Source: the human T2T-CHM13v2.0 reference genome, Homo sapiens. Taken from it: a stretch of 64,000 nt of DNA. The DNA is taken from NCBI RefSeq assembly GCF_009914755.1, contig NC_060930.1, one strand, 5' to 3'. The position numbers were made by a program, and so were the translations under genes. Under the pieces are notes generated by a model. It was not told where the DNA came from, did no database searches, and saw nothing but the letters and a program-made list of their open reading frames with translations. The first letter of the stretch is position 1; each line of letters begins with the position of its first letter. Of the stretch, positions 1 to 11,329 are shown piece after piece.

Positions 1-904
1 AAAGGGACTGGATGGGGTACTAACAGCATCTACTGCAACGAGAAAAAGGAAGCTTACAAAAACTGAGTGACTTATCTGGAAACACAGAGCAGGTACAATT
101 GGAACTTGAAACTTATTCTCTTTACCTTATAACTCATGCTCTTTTCCATTCCAGCTTTATATAATTTCAACCTATTAAAACATAATGGGAAGTTCTCTTT
201 TTTCTATTCATTAGCCCTTTAAGTTTTTCCCCTTATTCTTTTTAGTTTAGGGTTTTTCTCTTATTGTTTTGGGTCTTTTTGGTGCAGGCAGGGGTTGAGG
301 ATAATTGCTTCATCTCTGCTTGAAATGACCTTTGCCATCAGTTCTCCCTCCTGGCAATCTCCTAGTTAATGTTACATCACCTTACAGAAGTGGTTCTTCT
401 AATTTATGTCCCTAAAAATCCTGTTTATAGCTATGATTTGTATTATTTCATATGTATCATGTGTGCAAGACTGTTTACTCTTAACATTGTCAAATACTTG
501 AAAGCAAGGATCATTTTAGTTTATCAATCTTTATATTATCGGTATGTGGCACCTAATGGGAATTTGAAAATAGTTTGTTGAATTAAGCTGTACTTTGTTT
601 TAATATAACTAGAAAAGAGCCAAAGGTACAGTATTTTTTTAACTTTGTATCTTTCAGTGTCCTTTAGCAAGTGGATTTGATTTGTTAAAGTTTATGGCAA
701 GTCACTGTTTTAGACTAGCCTCCCACACTAAACTTTAGCAGACAAAACCAAACCAAAATGGAATCACTCCTGTTAAGTGCCAAGTAAATGAACTGAATTT
801 TGAGATGGGCCAGTTTTCCACAGCAACCAATGAGGCCCAGTTTACCTGGAGCCAGCATGATAAGGAAGTCCCCTCTGCTTCAATTGTATGAGGGAAGTAA
901 CTTT

Positions 905-1316
905 TTAAATAAATTTATTTCCATAGGCTTTGCGGGGGAAAGGTGGTATTTGGTCACATGAGTAAGTTTTTTAGTGGTGATTTGTGAGATTATGATGCTC
1001 CCATCATGCAAGCAGTATACACTGAACCCAATTTGTAGTCTTTTATCCCTCACCCCCTTCCCACCCTTTTCCCCAAGTCCCCAAAGTCCATTACATAATT
1101 CTTATGCCTTTGCATCCTCATAGCTTAGCTCCCCCTTATGAGTGAGAATATACAATGTTTGGTTTTCCATTCCTGAGTTACTTCATTTAGAATAATAGTC
1201 TCCAGTTCCATCCAGGTGCTGTGAATGCCATTAGTTCCTTTTTATGGCTGAGTAGTATTCCATATATACATATATATATATATATGGAATATATAATATA
1301 TAATGAAGTATCTCAG

Positions 1317-1357
<41 letters not shown>

Positions 1358-2329
1358 TGCCACAATTTATTTATCTACTTATTGATTGATGGGCATTTGG
1401 GCTGGTTCCATATTTTTGCAATTGCAAATTGTACTGCTGTAAACATGTGTGTGCAACTATCTTTTCTGTATAGCAACTTCTTTTCCTCTGGGTAGATACC
1501 CAGGATTGGGATTGTTGGATCAAATAGTAGTTCCATTTTTAGTTCTTTAAGGAATCTCCACACTGTTTTCCAAAGTGGTTGTACTAGTTTACATTCCCAA
1601 CAGCAGTATATAAGTGTTGCCTTTTCACCACATCCATGGCACCATCTATTAATTTTTTATTTTTTGATTATGGCCATTCTCGCAGGAGTATAGTGGTATT
1701 GCATTGGGTTTTGGTTTAAATAGGCACAGGACCAATGGAACAGAAGAGAGAAGCCAGAAATAAACCCAAATACTTACAGTCAACTGATCTTCAACAAACG
1801 AAACATAAAGCGGGGAAAGGATACCCTATTGAACAAATGGTGTTGGGATAACTGGCAAGCCACATAAAGGAGAGTGAAACTGGATCCTTATCTCTCACCT
1901 TATACAAAAATCAACTCAAGATGGATCAAGGACTTAAATATAAAACCTGAAACTATAAAAATACTCAAAGATAACATCAGAAAAACCCTTCTAGACCCTG
2001 GCTTAGGCAAAGACTTCATGACCAAGAACCCAAAAGCAAATATAACAAAAACAAAGACAAATAGGTGGGACTTAATTAAACTAAAGAGCTTCTGCACAGC
2101 AAAAGGATATAAACAGCAGAGTAAACAGACAACCCACAGAGTGGGAGAAAATCTTCGCAAGCTATACATCCGACAAAGGACTAATATCCAGAATCTACAA
2201 GGAACTCAAGCAAATTAGCAACAAAAAAGCAAACAATCCCATCAAAAAGTGGGCTAAGGACATGAACAATTTTCAAAAGAAGATAGAGAAATGGCCAACA
2301 AACATATGAAAAAATGCTTAACATCACTA
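905..2329 (-). mobile_element. 5'-truncated, 5'-inverted L1PB-type LINE-1
   Basis: 905-~1717 is the L1 3'UTR and ORF2 end on the - strand; ~1718-2329 is the upstream ORF2 part on the + strand ([22 protein letters not shown]). TSD agggaagtaacttt (891-904) / aggaaagtaacttt (2330-2343). Confidence 0.9.
1262..1353. repeat. (TA)n-rich microsatellite inside L1PB
   Basis: Interrupted TA runs seen directly. Confidence 0.95.
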
Positions 2330-2510
2330 AGGAAAGTAACTTTGAAACAACCAATTTGCTTTTTGTTTCTCGTTTCTGTTTTCTTCAGCCATTTTTGGCC
2401 TATAAAGCCAACTATCTCTGCTCAGTCCATTCTATTTAATAGAATGAGATGTTGCCTGATTCTAGAAGTAAAAAAAAAAAAAAAAAAAAAGAAACAAACA
2501 AAAAAAGCCA

Positions 2511-2788
<278 letters not shown>

Positions 2789-5450
2789 CCAAAGCCAATT
2801 AAATCTTTAAATTAAATTTGTTGTACTTCTCTTTTAATAGACTATATACTGTAGAAAGCTAAATATGTTGGCAGATGAGAACTAAGTACTAGTATACTAC
2901 AGATCAGGATCAGTAAGAGTTAGTCACTCTCACAAAGTGGATGCTTTATAAATGGAAAAATAATATACTTTTTATCTTTTTAAATGTGTAAACAGCAATA
3001 TCTAATAATTATATTTCACTTAAAATATATTAAAAGACATTTAAAACTGCTTTATACAGGAAAATATTACAGATAAAAGTTACTAATCTCTACCCATCCA
3101 TCCAAATTATAGAGGTCTAATTTTGAAAATCAATTTAGCAGAGGAATGTTACTTAATTTAAAGGAAAAATCACTTTGATAATTATGCTCAAAGACACACC
3201 TCAATGAAACCATCCAAAAAACTAAATATGTAATAAATTTTTCCACTATTTTATCGTTATGTTTGGCATTAATGATACCACTTAGTATTCTACTGCTCTA
3301 CAAGGCTAGTATCATTTTCTAAAACTAAACAGACTGTTAGCAGAAGTTATTTCAAAGCTATACAAACAGACCTCAGAAAGTTTCTGTTAAATTTTTTTTC
3401 CTAAAAAGAAAGGTCAAAGAGGAAGAAGTTATTAGGAATACAGGGTGAGAAAATAAAAGAAGTAGTATTCAAAACAAAACCAAAAATACGAATAGAAAAG
3501 AATGGCTTCAATGATTTTTTTCCAGTTGCTTATCCTCGCAAAGTAACCATTTTAATGGGTAAGAATGCCAAAAATATCTTAGAAAATGCACAATGCCATT
3601 ATACCTAGATTCTTTTTAAGCACCAATGGCCATCATCAGTCAATAATGTACTTAAAATGAAAACCCACTTGAGCACTAAAAGAACACAAATAGAAGAAAT
3701 CAACAGCCTGAAACGTTTATTTTTACAAACAGTTGATTACAGAAACCCAACTCAAGAACACCATGGCCTGATCTTCTTTTTGAATACATAATGTATCCAA
3801 TAGGAATCACAGAGGAATAGGCATTTTCTTCACGCTTTTATATTTGCTTATTCGTTTGCTTTTCAAAGAAAAGTATTATTTTCATGAGGCATAAATTCCA
3901 GAGAATGACATGGCTAATTATAGTTTGTAGAACTTTTTAATCTAAGCCATTAGACTCCCTGAACTACCTCAAACGAAAAACATCGGCTTTTAGCTCTAAA
4001 TCTAAATGAATTGTTTCCATATTACCGGAACATAACTCGTTTCATCTCACCACCTGTATTACATAATATCATGGTCTTTTCATACCAACTCCAATATAAC
4101 TACAATATTTATTGCTTCCGCTATACCTACTGCATTTTATGATTCAGTGTTATTACACATATAAAATGAATGGTCGTGTTTTGAAATTTTCAAGAAGTTA
4201 CAAAAGTCTTTTCACAAATACATCTACATAAATTCAGCTAGATTATTCTAATAACATTTGACAAAATGTTCCTTCCACCAACTTGTTTGTTTATAAATTA
4301 AATTACATGCACAAAACTAATTTTCAACCAGTTTTCAGAGTTCCCTTTCTTTATGTGGTTTTAGTTCATTCAAGCCCTCAGCATTGTTCACTACAAAATC
4401 CTTCTGGTCCCTTCTAATATACACTATATACCACATTGCTATTAGATGATTCAAAACCATACATCATGTAACTCCTTGCCTTAAAAATCCAATAATGGAA
4501 ATGACATCACCAACGACAGAGTAGAAGCCACTATCTTTCCCAACTCCACACCTGCCCCAACCCCAGAACTGCAGTCATTCTACAAATAACCCACTCCAAG
4601 CCCAGGCAATGTGGCTGCACTGGGCCCACATTTCAGATATCTGAGCCATCACCTTAGTGAGCAACTTCATATTCCCTGGGCTAAAAGCCAAGCCCTCACT
4701 GCTCATGCTTGTACTCCAAGTACCAAACCAGCTATCACACAGAGCTAGGCCCCACCTCTACCTAGGAGCCTCTCTAATTCTGCATATACCTGTACTCCCA
4801 ATTCTCATCTCCACTGATGTGTTCACAAGCCTCCAGGCATCACATACTGCTGCCAACATGGCAGGTGAGGTGCCTACATGATACATATCAGTGCCATTAT
4901 GGACCCAGATGCCAGAGCCATACTCCCTCCACAAGTACCCAGGCTTCAGGTCTCAACTCCAAGGCCACATCACAGGCAACACCCATCACAAACTAGTACC
5001 ACTGCTATTTCAAGCAAGTCCACAAGCCATACCCAGTACCAAAACGAATCCATGCTCAGCCACAACTTCCCTGTTAGGAGTAAAAGAGATCACAAGGACC
5101 TTAGCAGCCATTGTCACCAAAGACCCCAACAACCCTTGCTGCCACCACAGACATCAGTATTAGCCACTGAGGATTCACACTATTGGCCACTGAGCATCCC
5201 TCCAATCTTGGTCTAAAATCAACCTCGGCTGGCAGAGCTACACAGATTACCCAGCTTGAACCCTCACTGGTGCCAGAACTGTTGTACCCTAACCAACAAG
5301 CGCCCTCATAAGGTGAAGGTCTTTCCATAGCAAAACTAGCCCAAAAAGTCTGCAAGGGGTGACTACTCCACCAAATGCTCAGACATCAACATAATGCAAC
5401 AAGAACCATGAAAAACCAAGGAGACAAAACACCACCAAAAGAATACAATC

Positions 5451-7975
5451 GGGCGGTTCCAAGATGGCCGAATAGGAACAGCTCCAGTCTACAGCTCCCA
5501 GCATGAGCGACACAGAAGACGGGTGATTTCTGCACTTCCAACTGAGGTACCAGGTTCATCTCACTGAGGCTTGTCAGACAGTGGGTGCAGGACAGTGGGT
5601 GCAGCCCACTGAGCGTGAGCCAAAGCAGGGCGAGGCATCGCCTCACCCTGGAAGTGCAAGGGGTCAGGGAATTCCCTTTCATGGCCAAGCAAAGCTGGAA
5701 AATCAGGTCACTCCCACCCTAACACTGCGCTTTTCCAATGATCTTAGCAAACGGCACACAGGAGATTATATCCCGCACCTGGCTCAGAAGGTCCCAGGCC
5801 CACGGAGCCTCACTCATTGCTAGCACAGCTGTCTGAGATCAAACTGCAAGGCGGCAGCAAGGCTGGGGGAGGGGTGCCCGCCATTGCTGAGGCTTGAGTA
5901 GGTAAACAAAGCCACCAGGAAGCTCGAACTGGGTGGAGCCCACGGCAGCTCAAGGAGGCCTGCCTGCCTCTGTAGACTCCACCTCTGGGGGCAGGGCATA
6001 GCCAAACAAAAGGCAGCAGAAACCTCTGCAGACTTAAACGTCCCTGTCTCACAGCTTTGAAGAGAGTAGGGGTTCTCCCAGCACACAGCTGGAGGTCTGA
6101 GAACAGACAGACTGCCTCCTCAAGTGGGTCCCTGACACCCGAGTAGCCTAACTGGGAGGCACCCCCCAGTAGGGGCAGACTGACACCTCATACGGCTGGG
6201 TACCCCTCTGAGACGAAACCTCCAGAGAAACAATCAGACAGCAACATTTGCTGTTCAGCAATATACGCTGTTCTGCAGCCTCCGCTGCTGATACCCAGGC
6301 AAACAGGGTCTGGAGTGGAGCTCCAGCGAACTCCAACAGACATGCAGCTGAGGGTCCTGACTGTTAAAAGGAAAACTAACAAACAGAAAGGACATTCACA
6401 CCAAAACCCCATCTGTACATTACCATCATCAAAGACCAAAGGTAGATAAAAAAGACAAAGATGGGGAAAAAGCAGAACAGAAAAACTGAAAATTCTAAAA
6501 ATCAGAGTGCCTCTCCTCCTCTAAAGGAACGCAGCTCCTCACAAGAAACGGAACAAAGCTGGATGGAGAATGACTTTGACAAGTTGAGAGAAGAAGGCTT
6601 CAGACGATCAAGCTTCTCCGAGCTAAAGGAGGAAGTTCAAACCCATGGCAAACCTTGAAATAAGATTAGACAAATGGCTAACTAGAACAACCAATGCAGA
6701 GAAGTCCTTAAAGGACCTGATGGAGCTGAAAACCACGGCACGAGAACTACGTGACAAATGCACAAGCTTCAGTAGCCGATTTGATCAACTGGAAGAAAGG
6801 GTATCAGTGATGGAAGATCAAATGAATGAAATGAAGTGAGAAGAGAAGTTTTGAGAAAAAAGAATAAAAAGAAACAAAAGCAAAGCCTCCAAGAAATATG
6901 GGACTATGTGAAAAGACCAAATCTACACCTGATTGGTGTACCTGAAAGTGACAGGGAGAATGGAACCAAGTTGGAAAACACTCTGCAGGAGAACTTCCCC
7001 AATCTAGCAAGGCAGGCCAACATGCAAAGTCAGGAAATACAGAGAACGCCACAAAGATACTCCTCGAGAAGAGCAACTCCAAGACACATAATTGTCAGAT
7101 TCACCTAAGTTGAAATGAAGGAAAAAATGTTAAGGGCAGCCAGAGAAAAAGGTCGGGTTACCCACAAAGGGAAGACCATCAGACTAACAGCTGATCTCTC
7201 AGCAGAAACTACAAGCCAGAAGAGAGTGGGGGCCAATATTCAACATTTTAAAGAAAAGAATTTTCAACCCAGAATTGCATATCCAGCCAAACTAAGCTTC
7301 ATAAGTGAAGGAGAAATAAAATACTTCACAGAGAAGCAAATGCTGAGAGATTTTGTCACCACCAGGCCTGCCCTACAAGAGCTCCTGTCCTGGGATCGGG
7401 GGAGGGAGGAGGGAAAGCATTAGGAGATATAACTAATGTAAATGACGAGTTAATGGGTGCAGTACACCAACATGGCACATGTAAACATATGTAAGAAACC
7501 TGCAAGTTGTGCACATGTACCCTAGAACTTAAAGTATAACAAAAAAAATAAATTTAAAAAAAAAAAGTCAAAAAAAATAATGAAAATTCTGAATTAAAAA
7601 AAAAAAGGTGCACAATTTGGTTTGTTATGCAAATTTTTGTTTTTCCTGAGCTATTCAGCTACTTTAAAACATGCATATAAGCTAGCTAGTCATTTTGAAT
7701 AAGAAGAAAAATAAATGGAGAAATGATTATGATAGCACTGTTTATGCCTTTTAAAAACAGAATGTCTAAATATTTGGAAAAAAAAAAGGTGCACAATTTG
7801 GTTATGCAAATTTTTGTTTTTCCTGAGCTATTCAGCTACTTTAAAATATGCATATAAGCTAGCTAGTCATTTTGAATAAAAAGAAAAATAAATGGAGAAA
7901 GGATTATGATAACACTGTGAGTGTTTATGCCTTTTAAAAATAGATGTCTAAATATTTAGGAAAAAAAAAAAAAAA
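5451..7975 (+). mobile_element. L1PA (PA4-PA6-like) with complete 5'UTR, decayed ORF1, deleted ORF2, short 3'UTR and a 3' transduction
   Basis: Starts gggcggttccaagatggccgaataggaacagctcc; ORF1 fragments MGKKQNRK... from 6461; jumps to the 3'UTR at ~7387; A-tail ~7541-7577; perfect TSD aaaagaatacaatc at 5437-5450 / 7972-7985. Confidence 0.95.
7607..7960 (+). repeat. Tandem duplication of a ~171-173 bp non-L1 unit, each copy followed by poly(A)
   Basis: Unit 1 at 7607-7777 and unit 2 at 7788-7960 both run ggtgcacaattt...atgtctaaatattt(a)gg. Confidence 0.95.
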
Positions 7976-10900
7976 GAATACAATCTCCCAGTGCCTGACC
8001 ACAAAGAAATGAAGATAAACTGCCTGAGAAAGAAATCAGAATAATCATTTTAAGTGAGCTCAGTGAACTTCAAGAAAATAAATGACCAAAATGAAAAACC
8101 TAATAGATTGAAATTATAAAAAGAAACAAATTCCAAAGCCGAAAAACACGATGAAATGAAATTAAAACTTTAACTGAGTATCAACAATATCAGAACTGAT
8201 CAAGCAGAAGATCTGTGATCTTAAGGACAAGTTAGTTAAAAATATATAGTCAAAAGAGAAAAAAAAAACTATGTAACTGAAGAAAGCTTATAAAATATAT
8301 GAGACAGCATCAAAACAGCAAATATTTCGGTCATAGGAGTTCAAGAAGAAGAAAGAGAAAAAGTGATAGAAATCTTATTTAAATAAATAGCAGAAAATGT
8401 CCCAAATCTGAAGAAGATATAAATATCAACATATAGGCAGGGAAAAAAATCTCCCATCAGAGTTAATCCAAACAAGAATAGACGAAGGTATATTATAACC
8501 AAACTGTCAGAAATCAAACATAAAGAAAAGATCCTGAAACCAACAAGAGAAAAGAAAGAAATCACATATAACAGAGTTCAAATAAGGCTAACAGCAGTTT
8601 TCTCGGTAGACACCTTACAGACCAGGAGAGAATGGGATGATATAGTCAAAGTGATGAAAAGGATGGGGAGAAAATGTCCACCAAGAATAGTGTACCAGAT
8701 TGTGAATGTTAGCTTCTGATCAACTGCAGGAACAAACCAGCAATCCTGAGAGGACCCACAGAACCTCTGAAGAAAGCGGACTGCTCCTGCAGTACCTGGG
8801 AGACACCTCAAATACTCTGGGAAGTGGAAAGCCTCTGGTAAGTTTTCAAGCGTGCCCTCCACCTGGAAACAGACTTGGGGCTGTTGTGGGCAGCACGGTG
8901 GGAATGAGACCAGCCTTTCAGTTCGCTTGGGAGCTAAGTGAGGCCTGTGATTGCCGCTTTTCCTCACATCCCTGACAACCTGCATGACTCGGCAGAGGCA
9001 GCCATAATCCTCCTAGGTATACAATTCCAGTGACCTGGGAATCTCACCCCATCCCCCACAGTAGCCACAGCAAGACGGCCCAAGTAGAGTCTGAATTCAG
9101 ACACACCTAGCCCCATCCCCACCTGACAGGATTTCCCTAGGAAACCTGGTAGCCAAAGACAAAGGACATACAATCCTGGGAGTTCTAGGGCCCCACCCAC
9201 TGCTGATCCCTCTCCACACTACTACAGCTGATGCTTTCTAGAAAGCACCACCTCCTGGCAGGAAGTCAACCAGCACAAAAATAGAGCATTAAACCACCAA
9301 AGCTAAGAACCCTCACAGAGTCCGTTGCACCCTCCACCACCTCCACCAGAACAGGCACTGGTATCCACTGCTGAGAGACCCATAGACGGTTCACATCAGA
9401 AGGACTGTGCACAGAAACCCTCAGCACCAGCCAGGAGCTGGGTAGACTCACTGGGTGGCTAGACCCAGAAGAGAGAAAACAATCAGGCAGTTTGGCTCAC
9501 AGGAAGCCATAACCACAGGAAAAGGGGGCGAGTACTACATCAAGGGAACCCCCTGTGGGACAAAAAAATCTGAACAACAGCCTTCAACCCTAGACCTTCC
9601 CTCTGACAGAGCCTACCCAAATAGGAAAGAACCAGGAAATCAACCCTGGTAATATGACAAAACAGGGTTCATCAACACCCCCATAAAATCACACTAGTTC
9701 ACCAGCAATGGATCCAAACCAAGAAGAAATCCCTCACTTACCTGAAAAAGAATTCAGGAAGTTAGTTATTAAGCTAAACAGGGAGGGACCAGAGAAAGGC
9801 GAAGCCCAATGCAAGGAAATCCAAAAAGTGATATAAGAAGTGAAGGGATCAATATTCAACAAAATAGATAGCATAAAGAAAATACAATCAAAAATTCAGG
9901 AAACTTTGGACACACTTTTAGAAATGCAAAATGCTCTGGAAAGTCTCAGCAATAGAACAGAACAAGTAGAAGAAATTGAGAGCTCAAAGACAAGGTCTTC
10001 GAACTAACCCAATCCAACAAAGAAAAAGAAAACAGAATAATATGAACAAACCCTCCAAGAAGTTTGGGATTATGTTAAACAACCAAACCTAAGAATACTC
10101 TGTGGAGAATGCACAATTACTAACAGACCTAAGAATAATCAGTGTTCCTGAGGAAGAAGACAATTCTAAAAGCTTAGAAAACATATCTGGGGGAATAATC
10201 AAGGAAAACTTCCCCAGCCTTGCTAGAGACCTAGACATCCAAATACAAGAAGCACAAAAAAACACCTGGGAAATTCATCACAAAAAGATCAATGTCTAGG
10301 CACACTGTCGTCAGGTTATCCAAAGTTAAGACAAAGGAAAGTATCATAAAAGCTGTTAGACAAAAGTACCAGGTAACCTATAAAGGAAAACCTATCAGAT
10401 TAACAGCAGATTTCTGAGCAGAAACCCTACAAGCTAGAAGGGATTGGGGCCCTATCTTCAACCTCCTCAAACAAAACAATCTTCAGCCAAGAATTTTGTA
10501 TCCAGCGAAACTAAACATCATATATGAAGGAAAGATACAGTCATTTTCAGACAAATGCTGAGAGAATTCACCATTACCAAGCAACCACTAAAAGAACTGC
10601 TGAAAGGAGCTCTAAATCTTGAAACAAATCCTGGAAACACATCAAAACAGAATCTCTTTAAAGCATAAAGCACACACGACCTATAAAACAAAAATACAAG
10701 TTAAAAAGCAAAAACAAAAAAAACAAAGTATAAAGGTAACAAAGAACATGATGAATGCAAGGGTACCTCACATTTCAATACTAACATGGAATGTAAATGG
10801 CCTAAATGCTCCACTTATAACATACAGAATTGCAGAATAGGTAAGAACTCACCAACCAATTATCTGCTGCCTTCAGGAGATTCACCTAACACATAAGGAC

Positions 10901-11025
10901 TCACATAAACTTAAAGGGGTAGTAAAGAGCATTTCATGCAAATGGACACCAAAAGCAAGCAGGAGTAGCAATTCTTATATCAGACAAAAGAAACCTTAAA
11001 GCAACAACAGTTAAAAAAGACAAAA

Positions 11026-11329
11026 GGCCGGGCACAGTGGCTGACACCTGTAATCCCAGCACTTTGGGAGGCCAAGGTGTGCAGATCACGAGGTCAGGAG
11101 ATCAAGACCATCCTGGCCCTGGCTAACACAGTGAAACCCTATCTCCACAAAATATACAAAAAAATTAGCCAGGCATGGTGGCGGGTGCCTGTAGTCCCAG
11201 CTACTCAGGAAGCTGAGGCAGGAGAATGGCGTGAACCCAGGAAGCGGAGCTTGCAGTGAGCCGAGATCGTGCCACTGCACTCCAGCCTGGACGACAGAGT
11301 GAGACTCCATCTCAAAAAAAAAAAAAAAA
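11026..11329 (+). mobile_element. AluY inserted in the L1PB endonuclease region
   Basis: Diagnostic gagatcaagaccatcctggc, ggagaatggcgtgaaccc and gcggagcttgcag; TSD aaaaaagacaaaa at a tt|aaaa site. Confidence 0.95.

Noticed and set aside
2840-4490. Possible location of the known osteoblast-specific RUNX2 upstream enhancer (DLX5/MEF2)
   Set aside because: Unique AT-rich DNA, but I cannot match it to the enhancer from sequence alone; it may lie outside the window.
7607-7960. Tandem units as a CRISPR-like array or RNA gene
   Set aside because: Only two ~172-bp copies separated by poly(A) inside an L1 TSD in a eukaryotic intron; there is no repeat-spacer structure.
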